A stretch of DNA of 40,101 nt, taken from contig CAJNYT010002341.1 of assembly GCA_905331485.1 (NCBI GenBank), positions 69,164 to 109,264 of the forward strand, written 5' to 3'. The notes beneath the pieces are model-generated. The model was not told the origin of the DNA, did not search any database, and saw only the letters and a list, made by a program, of their open reading frames with translations. The DNA comes from Rotaria socialis. Taxonomy: Eukaryota. The translations under genes and the position numbers were made by a program. Below are positions 11,433-23,231 of the stretch, piece by piece; within the stretch, counting starts at the first letter, position 1, and each line of letters starts with the position of its first letter.

Positions 11433-11924
11433 TTAGTGTCGTTGTATTAAAGTGTTCAGAACATTTTCTAAGTGTTCTAATTGTTGTTTCAGTTCTCTAT
11501 TTTTCCTGAGCACTTCGGACAGTGCTGGTCTTAATGGTTCAAATACACATTGTTGCATATGGCCATTTAAATCTTCACGCACACCACGCCATGGGCATTT
11601 GATATCGGCGGCTTCACAAGCTACTAAGGCTCGTCTACAGGATTGACTTGCATGTGTTGATAGACTACCTCGTGGAATGTTTTCTTCTCGACATTGTGTA
11701 CAGATAACCAGGAGGCCATTCAACATCTCTAATACAATCCTCTCTTCAATTGCAGTTAATGTACCCGCTTGATACGACAAATTTCCCGTGAAACATGCTC
11801 GGCAACCATGTCTTCCATCTGTTGTGTTTACTGGATCTACAAATGGGTGGTGACAAATACAGCAAAGAAGAAAAGGGTTGATTGATTGATTGGGCATGTA
11901 TACATAAGGATGTTCGAATGCCAT
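11433..11924 (-). CDS. small RING-like / TRAF-type zinc-finger protein (E3-ligase-like) with a C-terminal coiled coil
   Basis: Minus-strand ORF of 163 aa. The RING-like portion is CCICHHPFVDPVNTTDGRHGCRAC followed by CTQC (CxxC...HxCxxC...CxxC spacing). The TRAF-type zinc-finger pattern is HASQSC...RRALVAC...DIKCPWRGVREDLNGHMQQC, which is (HxxxC...C...CxxxxxRxxLxxHxxxC). The C-terminal heptad-like segment is LSEVLRKNRELKQQLEHLENVLNTL. The architecture resembles the N-terminus of NRDP1/TRAF-like E3 ligases. Additional 5' exons are possible. Confidence 0.5.
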   Translation of the reverse strand: MAFEHPYVYMPNQSINPFLLCCICHHPFVDPVNTTDGRHGCRACFTGNLSYQAGTLTAIEERIVLEMLNGLLVICTQCREENIPRGSLSTHASQSCRRALVACEAADIKCPWRGVREDLNGHMQQCVFEPLRPALSEVLRKNRELKQQLEHLENVLNTLIQRH

Positions 11925-13720
11925 TGTAATGATGTGCTTACGAATAGACTGCGAGACAAGTGATGAAAATTTGTTACGAAAAGGTTTGAATGATGTTTAG
12001 ATAATATTTTTTGTGGATCTATACCGGTATATATATTATTTTTCACTCTTATCTTATTACTAATTACATAGTGCATGTGACTTTTCTCGCTCGATCTACA
12101 TGAGAGAAAGATTCTTTACGCGTTACTGCTAATGTCATTGTTATCAACAGGAGCTTGTTATTATTCATGCTTATTCAAATAGATCCTGCTCGTTCGTCGA
12201 AGAAAACAAATTTTCGTTATTTACTTCAACGGTAAAATCCAAACGAGTGACTAATTGTTGCGAAAGAAGCTCTAAATAGAAATAAAGAAATTTAGTAACC
12301 AGCTAGATATTTCCTACTCTGATAATTATAAACTTTTTATTTCGAAACCGTTTTCGCGTAAATATCCAGTCAAAGTGAATCAAGACTCTAACTGAAATCA
12401 ACAAGTTACCATATCAAAACCTACTAAGAAATTATATCTTTGTTTTTATTGGCCTGTATGTTCCTTGTTGATAGGCAATTAATTGAACCGTTGATGCTCT
12501 TGCTCTATTAGCATAATTTGTATCCTTCGGATGCAATGATATGAATGATCCGTGTAGTCTTTTATGTGTTTTACATTGGTGACGTAGTTCTCTTTCATAG
12601 TTAATGAAGAAATTAATAATTATTTCGACAAAATATTGACAAATCAACAATGAAGAAGACAACAGCTTGAAGGTTACGCGTCAAACAGCCGCAATACATA
12701 CTATGTATTACACTTTTGATTCATAGAATAATAAAAGATATGAAAATTTTTCTACCACCACCATACTGTTCGAACCATAATTCATTGGTGCAATGTAGAA
12801 AAACAACAATCTCTACAAAAATTAGATTCACTTTTAATCCAAGGAAGGATTCATTCAAAGTGTTGACGATGTTTACATTTTTTACTACTGCAATTTTTTT
12901 ATTCTTCTAGTCTTACTATGTTTTATTAGTAGCGATTAACCCAGCTATTATTACTGTAGTTTCCACGGAAGGTTGATGAACCAATGATGAGTGGCATGAT
13001 TAGTCTCTGGAGTCATATATATACTTTACTATAGAGAGTATTTATATTCAGTAGCTTATCGTTGAAAACAATACAAATCATGTAACGCAACCCGTTGGAT
13101 CGAACAAAATAGTTGCATTGCTTTCAGTATTGGTTCCCATGTTCTAGAAGGAAATCATTATTTTAAACATCTATCATCGCTCGTTACATAGCAAGTACTC
13201 GCTTATAAAAGTTAACACTCTGAAGTTCGAACTGTTACAAGTTTTCCTACAGACATCAGATGATGCCATCAGGGATTCAGAACGTCGACATGATTATTAT
13301 TCACTTCAACATGTAGGTACACCCATAGACACTTCTGTTTGATGTGAGGCGAATTCAGAACGAAGACAAGCTTGAGAAAATTGATGATGCTGACACATAA
13401 CTACTTATTTTCTACGCAGTACCATATCTATGAGTGTGAGTTATTTGTTCAATTTCGATTGCGTTTATTTGTTCTCAATAAAGAAAACTTTCAAGTTCGA
13501 TGCCTTTTCTTTCCGGAGCTGAAAGCATTATCGATTGGATTATCATATCGAGTTCGTCATCGAACGTTGCCTATATCGCTTTGAAATCATGACTTATTGT
13601 TTATAAATAAAGCGTCGTTGAAAACAGGAAAATATCTTGTAAAAAAAACTACTAAATAAGTGCCATCGAATTATAACATATAGCAGCACCTAGAATCCAA
13701 AATAGTTTTGGTTTGTTTCT

Positions 13721-14439
13721 ATGTACAGCACTGTCTTCATATTGTTTGTTGTGTGTGCCTCTACTAATGCTGTTCCAGAAACTGGAGGATCCAATGATAT
13801 TAACTCAGCTGAAATGAAAGCCGCAGTTTGTGTCGGTGTCTGTCGTATGTTTAACAGGATGTATATATATATATTAGTTAAAGAATAGTCTAACTTATCA
13901 TTTCTTTTCCATTAGCCGACGTGACTGTTGTCAAAACTACTGTATGTTTCTCGGGTGATAGTTGACTACTGTTAGGTGGCGCGCGTCGACTAGCAATTAG
14001 TAAAGTGAACAATGGTGATAGGGTGTTGGCTTTTGATGGTTCAAAGCTAGTGAACAGCGAAATGATTTTGATGCTTGAAAGTAATTGATACAGGTAAGGT
14101 AAATCAATTGAAGTTTTCGAAACTAATAGGTAAATTATGATCTGACCTGTATTTGTTATTTCAGCTACGTTGTATACATTACAAACTAAATCTAACCATA
14201 CAATCCGTTTAACTGGAGAGCACTTGATCCGAATTGTCTCCGATACTGGAATGCTCACATACATACCGGCTGAACGAGTGAAGCCTCATCGTGATGCTCT
14301 TTTTGTTCTATCTGAAAATCGACGTCTCATCATTATCATTAGTCATTGCAACATCAAGCGAGAATAAAATAGGATACCATATCCCGCTCACTATGACAAA
14401 TAATAAAACCTCATCGATTTCATGAAATAATGCAAAGTT

Positions 14440-14476
<37 letters not shown>

Positions 14477-14718
14477 AGTACAATCATAGTGAATACTGTT
14501 CTGGCTAGCTGCTTCAGTAACATAAATAGCCGTTGAATAGACCACGTTTCGATGGCACGATTACGATTCTATCATACCTTGTCACGGTCTGTTCCATTTA
14601 TTCAGCCCTGGGATGGCGGAAGACACAAGTCGGAACAAGATGGTTTACACCGGGCACCATATATCATGCTCAAAGTGGCTACACAATTTTGTCCATCTAT
14701 GTTAAATGTCCCCCTTAA
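13721..14718 (+). pseudogene. Hint/Hog (hedgehog-intein-like) domain gene with signal peptide; in-frame TGA, probably a pseudogene
   Basis: Exon 1 (13721-13844, GTATGT donor) encodes a signal peptide, MYSTVFILFVVCASTNA..., in phase with exon 2. Exon 2 (13916-14080) translates to ...TTVCFSGDS*LLLGGARRLAISKVNNGDRVLAFDGSKLVNSEMILMLE. The CF start and the GDRVLA block match the Hint motifs CFPGDA and GDRVLA of hedgehog C-terminal domains. TGA at 13962-13964 is in frame. Exon 3 (14165-~14364) translates to TTLYTLQTKSNHTIRLTGEHLIRIVSDTGMLTYIPAERVKPHRDALFVLSENRRL, comparable to LLLTAAHLLFV...ALF. A possible last exon starting 14527 (PLNRPRFDGTITILSYLVTVCSIY, compare APLTAQGTILIN..ASCYA) cannot be joined in frame. 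Confidence 0.4.
14445..14473. repeat. (TC)n microsatellite of ~14 units
   Basis: Seen in sequence: tctctctctctctctctctctctctctct. Confidence 0.9.
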
Positions 14719-15735
14719 GAATACGAATGACTCACAACTAAAGTAATAACTACACATAGATTTTAAAAAGGCATGCATTGTATTTTCGATTATATTCAAT
14801 AGAAATCAATAATTCAGATTAAATCAAATACTAGTCGACTAAACACCAATTAAACGTAACGTTAAAGCTTGATATTCGTGATCATCGTATCTAAACATAT
14901 CAGCTCAATAAAATATTCGGTAAATGAATCTCTTACTCATAGTACAGGATTCATACAAATTTATCTTTTTATAATAATTACTAATTTTACAACTATCAGG
15001 AACAACCTTAGACCTAGTAGATAGCAGAGAAATATTTAATAAGTTTTGAATTTTGAAAACAAAACGTAGAAGTTTCTCAATACACCATAAGTACTATTAC
15101 AATCTTTCAATGCGTAATATTGAAAGTTACGTTTTATGATCAACTATCAACGTAGCCAGAAATAGATTTATGACATTTGTAAAAGCGATCAATTTTTATT
15201 GTTTATATGATTATAAAAGTAAAAGTTAGTGCTGTTAGACGTAAATTCAATAGTGAAACATCCCGCGTAAGCAATAGCCAGTCATATTCGCTAGCCTTTT
15301 CTCTAAATGCACCAGTAATCTTATACTAGATTGGAAAATAAAATCTACGCATCTATAATCGTTGTTGTTGAATGCTCTTGTATAACTTTTATGACTTAGT
15401 TGCTTTTGCAGCGTCTGCAAACGTATACCATTGTTAAAAATACCTCGTTGGTTTAGTCTTGCCAATAGATAATTGGACAATTCTCTATAGCAAAGCATCT
15501 TATCATTATAACTTGTGCATAAATAGAAGATGCCACATGTAGTCGAATGATAACTCGCTGTCTTTTCTTTACTCTTGTCTATCAAGAACACAAAGCACAC
15601 CCAGTCTAGCAGAGACAACTAATACACCTTGATATTCATATCTTGTTCCTTTAGATAACTCTTATTTCATATTGCTTTTCAGGCATTGTTACCTACCATT
15701 TAATTTGGTGGTTAATATTTAAAAAAAATAAAACG

Positions 15736-18700
15736 ATGAAATTAATATTACATAGTACAATTGCATTTGTTGCAATGGTTTCTATATGTTTTGGTGCGCC
15801 ATTCAAATCAACCGATAAATGTGGCTACAGTGTAAGTAGCATTCAGCTGAAACAAAAATAATTAAATTCACTTGAGACACTCATATATTTCATTTCTAGG
15901 CATGTAATTTAGGTCAACCTGATAAACTTAATGTTCATATTGTTCCACACACTCACGATGATGTTGGCTGGCTGAAAACTGTCGATCAGTACTTTTATGG
16001 AGGTTAGTGCAATTTTATTACAATATCAAACTAAGGACTCTTGCAATTGTTTTGTTTGTGTCAGCTCGTAATGATATTCAACATGCTGCCGTTCAATATA
16101 TTCTTGATTCAGTTATTCCAGCATTGGTTGAGAATCCTGATCGACGTTTTATTTATGTTGAAATGGCTTTTTTCTGGCGTTGGTGGTTAGAACAAACTGA
16201 AGACATGAAAAATACAGTTAAACAGCTTGTAAACAGCGGTAAATAATTATAGTCGTTCAATAACAATTAATTATATTCATTAAAATAGGTCATCTTGAAT
16301 TCATTTCTGGGGGATGGTGTATGAATGACGAAGGTGTAACACATTATAGTTCTATTATTGATCAACATAGTTTAGGCGCTGAATTTTTACGTGACGAGTT
16401 CGGAGAATGCGGTCGACCTAGGCTGGGCTGGCAAATCGATCCATTTGGTCATTCAAGAGAAGTAGCATCACTCTTTGCACAAGTTAGTTTATTAGAATAA
16501 AATCTTATTCTCATAAATATGATACTGTCTATAATAGATGGGATTTGATGGATTATTTTTTGGTAGAGTTGATTTTCAAGATTATGCTATACGAAATTTA
16601 ACTAAAACAATGGAAATGATCTGGAAAGGAAGCGCTAATTTAGGTGAACAAAGTTGGCTTTTTACTGGTATATTACCAAGAGTTTATACCGCACCATCAT
16701 CATTTTGTTTCGACTATCGTTGTCGTGATGAGCCAATTAAAGTTAGTTTATCATTTGAAACTCTCTTGACTAATATTTTGATGTTCGCATAGGATGATCC
16801 ACGATTGCATGACTATGATGTAGATCAAAGAGTTCAAGCATTCATCGATGCAGCACATATTCAAGTTAACGTTTATAAATACATAAACATAGTCATATGT
16901 ATTCTGTTTTTGTTAGGCTCGTAGTTTTACAACTAATCATATAATGATGACTATGGGTAGTGATTTTCATTATGAGAATGCTAATGAATGGTTTAAAAAT
17001 TTAGAAAAATTAATAAAACATGTCAATGCTAAGGTACTTGTAGATGTATAGATTTAGAAAAGGAGTGTTTCCTTTTCTATTGTATTCTATTTAGCAAGCA
17101 AATGGCAGCGATGTTAATCTATTATATTCTACTCCTACATGTTATTTATATGCGTTAAACAATGCGAATAAAACGTGGACAACGAAGACAGATGATTTCT
17201 TTCCAATTTCATACAGTGAGCATGGCCTTTGGAATGGCTATTTCACTTCAAGACCAGCATTGAAACGATATGAACGTCATTCAAATAATATTCTTCAAGT
17301 AACAAAACAGCTTAATGCATTTTCCAATATTACACTACGCCAAGCATTTTTTCCTCTAAGTATAAATTGAAAAAGAAAACAAAAAGTTTTGTTTTTTGTA
17401 TTTAATTTAAAAAAACATGTCAATATACGCGTATAGATGAAGCGATGGGTGTTGCTCAACATCATGATGCAGTGAGTGGAACAGAAAAGCAGCATGTTGC
17501 CGATGATTATGCTCTACGTTTATCAGATGGTATTGATTCGGCTCTTGTAAGAGAATCGATATGGAAATTTTGATGGTGAGAGTGATTGTTTTAAATTTTA
17601 GTATGTTATTAATCAAGCATATAAAAAATTGCTACCGAAAGAAAATCGGTCACCTGTAGTACCCAATCAATTTCTTTGTCAACTATCAAATATTAGTGAA
17701 TGTTTACCTATCGAAGGACAAGATATTGTAAGTGAAAATATTTTTCGTTTACAATCATTTATCAATGAAATGATTCATAGTTTACATTAACAATTTGGAA
17801 TCCAACTATTCAATCTGTTCAGCATATAGTTCATGTGCCAGTGACGAAGTATTATACAATACGAAATCCAACGGGTGAAATTATTTTCGCTGATGTAAAA
17901 TTTTTCAAACAATTTCATTTTCAGTTAGTATTGTTTCTTTGATTTTAATTCTGCAGGTTCATCAAATTTCTCAAATAATTAAAAATATCCCTGGCCGAAC
18001 AAGCTCTGCGCAACTTGAAATATCATTTCAAACGTCGATACCTGCTCTTGGCTTTAATACTTATTATTTTCAAGCTATAAGTAAAATATGAAATTTTCTT
18101 CTAGTTGAATCTAATTATGATTTATTTTCATTAGGTGAGATCGAAATAGAGAAAACATCTTCGATCGAAGTAACATACAATGAAGCATGTATTCTTCAAA
18201 ATCAGGTTATTCATAATTAGAATATTCTGCATTGTTTATCTATCAAATATTTTACGTGCAGAATCTGCGAATTGAATTTGATGATCAAGGCAATTTGAAG
18301 AATATTACAAATCGAAGGAAAAATTTTACAGTTTCATTTTCTGCTCAAGGCTTTTATTGGTATACAAGTAAATATCCACAATTTATTGAATATATATTAT
18401 CATCTTTGTGATATTTTTAATGTTCAGGTTTTCCCGGTAATAATTCTGGTCCAGAATTTCAAGCATCTGGTGCTTATTTCTTTCGACCACTAACACCGAC
18501 GCCATTGCCCGTAAGCAATACACGTAATATGTCAGTACAAAATAGAGATTGACGAAGTTTTGTTCATTATATTTCGTATATTTTTAGAACATGCACCTAT
18601 TCAAATGTATCACAAAAAGCATCGATTGTGTATAATGAATGGGCTAGTCAAGAAATCAGACTCTATGATGGTGCAAACAATGTTGAAATGGAATGGATTG

Positions 18701-19702
18701 TTGGACCAATACCAATAGATGATAATTTTGGAAAAGAAATAATTATGCGTTACGATACAGATATTCAAACTGATGGATTATTTTATACAGATGCTAATGG
18801 ACGTGAAATAATAGAACGTAAACGAGATTATCGACCATCATGGAATTATACAGTCTATGAAAGTGTTAGTGGAAACTATTATCCTATTCCTAGTCGTGTA
18901 TGGATTAAAGATAATCAAAGACAAATGACTATACTGACAGGTAAAGATAAAACTGTTTTTTTTTAAATTTTATTTCTATTCTCTCTACTCGTTTAGATCG
19001 ATCTGAAGGTGGTTCAAGTATGCATGATGGTTCTGTGGAACTTATGATTCATCGTCGTACACTCTACGATGATTCACAAGGTGTCGGCGAACCAATGAAT
19101 GAAACAGCTTACGGTAAAGGTCTTGTAATATGTGGCAAACACTTTCTTATTATTGAACCACCTGAAAATAGTGCGCTTTATCATCGTCCTACTGCTCAAC
19201 AACTCTATATGAGTCCTATTAGTACATATGCATTACCGGCAGTATCGTATACTGATTATTCAAATAATTTTCGTCAAACATGGTCAGCTTTAACTGCACA
19301 AATGCCATATAATGTTCATTTACTGACATTAGATCAATTGACAGTAAAAGTATTTCTTATACGTATTGAACATTATTTTGAATTACATGAAGACGACACT
19401 TTTTCGAAACCGGTTCAAGTCGATTTACAATTTTTTTTCGATAGTGTAGGTAAAATAATGGATTTAACTGAATTAACACTTTCAGCTAATTTACCATTGA
19501 ATGATATGAATCGGCTTATTTGGAGAACAGCAAACGACGAATCATCATATTCAAAACCAACACGTACGAAGAAAAACGTTTTTCATTTATTCAATGAATC
19601 TAATTGTATTATGATATTTTAGACTCGAAGGCATCATTGACGAATACAATAGTAACACTCAATCCTATGCAAATCAAAACTTTTCAAGTTACATTGGAAT
19701 AA
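15736..19702 (+). CDS. lysosomal alpha-mannosidase (glycoside hydrolase family 38), complete, 18 exons, 990 codons
   Basis: Hand-built model, phase-consistent at every junction and 2973 nt in total. Exons are: 15736-15831; 15900-16002; 16065-16238; 16289-16482; 16538-16741; 16793-16864; 16917-17033; 17095-17359; 17437-17546; 17602-17727; 17781-17894; 17957-18080; 18135-18205; 18262-18367; 18428-18523; 18587-18940; 18997-19563; 19623-19702 (TAA). There is a signal peptide ([21 protein letters not shown]). The translation is colinear with human MAN2B1, with matches such as [33 protein letters not shown]...[19 protein letters not shown]...[90 protein letters not shown]...[33 protein letters not shown] and C-terminal [11 protein letters not shown]. 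Introns are 45-70 nt. Confidence 0.93.
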
Positions 19703-19879
19703 ATAATTTTTGGTCACCAATATAATTTTACTTTTCTTTTCTAAATTAAATAAAAGATAATGATTGCCTGGGAAATCAAAAACTAATTTCCGTGTCACAT
19801 ATATTGACATGATGAAACGAAGATTCATCAGAGTATTGCTGCGTAGTAATAAATACATTAGTTCTGTTTGTGACCAGAG

Positions 19880-20093
19880 GTGAAAGCTGATTCCATTAAT
19901 TCCAAATGATTCGCTGTAATTGCTATGGTGTGAAAAGCGTTTTTTCCTCCTTGTTATTTACTCATTTTTCATTTTGATCTGATTAAACGAAAATTCAATA
20001 TCAAATGTGTGTTCAACATGAAAAATTGATTCAACTCTCAAGAAAAGCAGTTAAATCCAAATGATTCTATAACCACAGAATCAGCTTTTACTG
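19880..20093. mobile_element. small MITE-like element (~215 bp) with terminal inverted repeats
   Basis: gtgaaagctgattccattaattccaaatgattc at the left end pairs with gaatcatttggatttaactg...cagaatcagcttttactg at the right end. The inverted cores are aaagctgattc and ccaaatgattc. It lies immediately adjacent to the next MITE. Confidence 0.3.
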
Positions 20094-20150
20094 CTTGATT
20101 TGTGCACGGTAGCAATCGGAATATGATTTGTTAAATAGAAAGAAATGTAA

Positions 20151-20327
20151 CAGTGGCGGATCCAGAAAATCTGTTAGGGGGTGGGGCTCCTGGCCAAAAA
20201 CCAGTTTTTCAAGTCTAGTTGAGGCAGAGCGACTATTTTCTATTTCATTTCTGCTGGGGGAAATCGAAAAAAATTTCTTAAGGGGAGTGGCGATCGCCGG
20301 GTAGCCTAACTGGTGGATCTGCCACTG
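20151..20327. mobile_element. GC-rich MITE (~177 bp) with CAGTGGCGGATCCAG / CTGGTGGATCTGCCACTG termini
   Basis: Seen in sequence: a GC-rich island in AT-rich DNA. The 5' end cagtggcggatccag is the near reverse complement of the 3' end ctggtggatctgccactg. The flanks are ...gtaa| and |aaatt, so no clean target-site duplication is visible. It carries no coding capacity beyond a spurious 97-aa ORF. Confidence 0.4.
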
Positions 20328-21060
20328 AAATTTAAGACTTACTAGGAACACTAATATTGAATAGAAACTAAAGTATAACACTATTCATGAAAAGATAATT
20401 ATTATAGACCAAGTTCGATTGAAATTCAGAAATTTAATGAATCTAGAAGAAATATATGGTATTAACCAATCGAAACAAAAAGATTTTCTGACCCGTTTCA
20501 AGGCATTCTATTTAGAATGTGTCATGGATTCAAATAATACTCAATGATCCAAAATAGGTGAGATAATTATTATTGAGTAATATTTTTTGCTGTTGTTATT
20601 TTATCGACGCAGTCACACTGAAACAGTGAGACAAGTCGGAATTACAGCTTCATCCTGAAGTATACCTTTGACATATTAGTCGTAAATCAAAATTTTTGCG
20701 TAGGATATCGAGATCCTTTTTGTGCATTTAAATAAATTGAAATTTTTAATCAAAATCATATAAAAAAAACGTCAATATCTGGCAATGAAATTTAAATACT
20801 TTTATTTTTAAAATAGCATTTTCTTATGTCTCAACCAGATCTTTGCTAGATTGAAGTTTATCTTCATATAAACATAATTTTCAACAAGCAGGTCAAGTTC
20901 AAAGAAAGGAGAACAACAAAGAGAAGAATTTAGCATAAAGAGCTATATAGTTGTACATTAAATTATTTAGCATTATCAATGCATTTTTATTTATGCTTTA
21001 ACTACTTCATAATTCATGCGATGAAAAGTTCTTTTTTTTCCTTGAAAATATTTTTATGAG

Positions 21061-21340
21061 TGTGGGTGTGAAGAGAGATAAGAACACCCACACCCCACAC
21101 CCTCGTTAGAATTGAATTCCGTTAAAATCCAACATCGGATCCGATTGAATTCAATACCAAGGATCCGACTGTAGGTCCGTATCCAGGAATTCCATAAGAT
21201 TTCTTCGGTTTTATTGAAGCACATATGATATTCGGCATATTCACTGTCTGATCCTTGTCGGAATCCGATAGGATCCTACTGTCGGAATGATTCTCCAGGG
21301 ATGAGCACCTTGTATGGTGGACAGAAAGCTGGACCATCTG
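21061..21340. repeat. short GTGGGTGTG...CACCCACAC hairpin followed by a dispersed repeat block rich in CGGATC / ACTGTCGG motifs (same family as 32881-33086 and 35148-35530, inverted)
   Basis: The hairpin tgtgggtgtgaagagagataagaacacccacaccccaccc (21061-21103) recurs in the same orientation at 34990-35044, inside the hAT element. The block 21104-21340 (..atcggatccgattgaattc..ggatccgactgtagg..cttgtcggaatccgataggatcctactgtcggaatgattctccaggg) shares the core AGAATCATTCC(G/A) plus GACAGTAG / CGGATC motifs, in reverse complement, with 32887-32930 (cccagcagaatcattccagtaatcggatctgacagtag). Confidence 0.35.
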
Positions 21341-23231
21341 ACCGATCTATAATTGTAAATCTCATTCCAGACCTATCCTTCTTTATTAATATATCACATC
21401 CATGCTTATAGGCATGTCTCGGGCAGACATCTAAATCTAAATTTATTTTCTAAGAAGTTAACTTAAAACCGAAGGCGTTGTGTTACTGCTAAAAATATTA
21501 TTTAGTATCCGACTAGTTGCCAAACAAAAACAAGAAGTCGACGAACTTCATCCATTCGAATGGATTCATCGTGGATACCTCCAACACTGGTTTATATGCA
21601 GCAACAATTGATTCGTTATGTTTGTTCAGCGTGTCTCATATTTGGTATTCCAGGTTGTTTATTAAACGTTATACTTTTATCACAACGACAAGTGCGTGTC
21701 ACATCGTGTTGTAATTGTATGTATCGACTCAATCTAATGTTTCACGCTCAAAGAAAAAACAAATGCAAATGAATTCACGGAGACATCTCTATGTTTCGTG
21801 TAAATGAAGTGTTCATAAGAAATGATTTTGATTTCCTATCTCAGAATTTTCCTCTGGCCAGTGTCGAGTAATTCTGATATACAAGGAAGCAGTTTATTAT
21901 AAGTCGAGACGAGCAGTAAGATGATGGCTACTAAAATTCTATCTAATAACGCTACATGACCAATCTATGTTGTTGTCAAGAAGCAGATTGAATACATAAT
22001 TATTTGAGAAGTTTTACGAAAAAGCTTTTCAGCGCAGCCCCGTTGGGACTAAAATGTGGAACTCACATATTTCGATCAATTAGATACTGATCAAATAGAA
22101 GTTTTATTTTTTCAGAATAGTGAGATCATATTTTGTTCAAAAATAAGATAATAAAACCTTTTAAACATTTCAAGTTTATTGAATCTATCAATAGGAAATA
22201 TTACTAGAGAGAACGTATAAAAAACTTTTTGTTTAGAATATGTTAGTATGCTGAAGTGTTCAGTGGTTCCATTGAGAAATATTGTGGATAATAATAGTTT
22301 AAACAGTATTTAGGATATAGCTATCAATAATATTGAGAAATTTATATTTTTTCGTATTATCAGGTGAGAAATTGATACATTTTTTCATAAACGAAAATTT
22401 GATAAAAGCTTCCCAGTGGATGGAAAAGTTGCGAATTGTAAATACACTAGTTGCTAGCTTCTGTAGCGGTAGCATACACCCGTTGCTAACGTCTGTAATA
22501 ATAAAAATATATGATACTGTCGTAACTATGGACTAATAATAAAAACGACAGATTTTGATGATTAATTAGAGATTAAATCCTAATTATAATGATTTCTAAT
22601 TAGTGAAACTAGATTTTTATTACTGATATGAGTAGCGATGAACATAGGCAATCGACCTGTACCAAAAACGTTTCTAATTAGTGCATCTAAGTGTTAGTGT
22701 TTTTTATATTTTATGTCTGTAATGGGGAGGGGTTGGGGTGGAGTACAGGGGAGCCGCAAAAACCTAACAATTCAACTTACACTCACTATTTTGTTCGAAA
22801 ATATATGTGAGTTCCACAAAAAAAGAATTAGAAGCAAGCATCCAACGAAAAGCGATTTCTTCACATTTTTGATTTTTCCTTCATGATTTATGAAGCTCAT
22901 CGAAGCAATACACGTGGTTATAAAAATAAATTACCATTACTTTATTCAATTTTGAGAAAGTTTAATCGCTTAGTGCGTTATCCAAACAAGTCTACAAATG
23001 TCCTGATTCTTATCAAAAATCCGGATTTTTTTCCAATTTATGTCCTGTCTGAATTCCTGATTTTGAGACACATGCTGGTGCGACCCCTGGATGAAATCAC
23101 TGCATTATAAAGCATTTTCCTTGATGTCTCCACGTTTTTCTATCACTGAGAAAGAAGTACGTAAGTTTACAAACAAAACAAATATTAGTACGGTTAAAAA
23201 TTCAAACTATATTTTATGTTTTAGAATAGTG

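Noticed and set aside
11452-11646. 64-aa plus-strand ORF overlapping the RING/TRAF gene
   Set aside because: It is an antisense shadow ORF inside a better-supported minus-strand CDS, with no motifs.
13962-13964. TGA as a sense (recoded) codon in the Hint gene
   Set aside because: No confidently modelled CDS in the window contains an in-frame TGA. Pseudogenisation or a sequencing error is more parsimonious.
18511-18516. Strong-looking GTAAGC donor directly after exon 15 of the mannosidase gene
   Set aside because: Using it breaks the reading frame into exon 16. The GTAATA donor at 18524 preserves phase and homology (PLPVSNTQHAPIS versus human PLPVSRWAQIHLV).
20280-20330. tRNA-like look of gggtagcctaactggtggatctgcc
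   Set aside because: The D-arm-like segment does not form a paired stem (AGCC/GGAT). There is no T-loop GTTCGAATC-type motif and no acceptor-stem pairing. It is part of the MITE terminus.
20088-20381. 97-aa minus-strand ORF
   Set aside because: It coincides with the GC-rich MITE and its AT-rich flanks. It is an artefact of the GC island.
21122-21337. 71-aa minus-strand ORF
   Set aside because: It lies entirely within the CGGATC-motif repeat block. It is low-complexity, has no homology, and is likely spurious.
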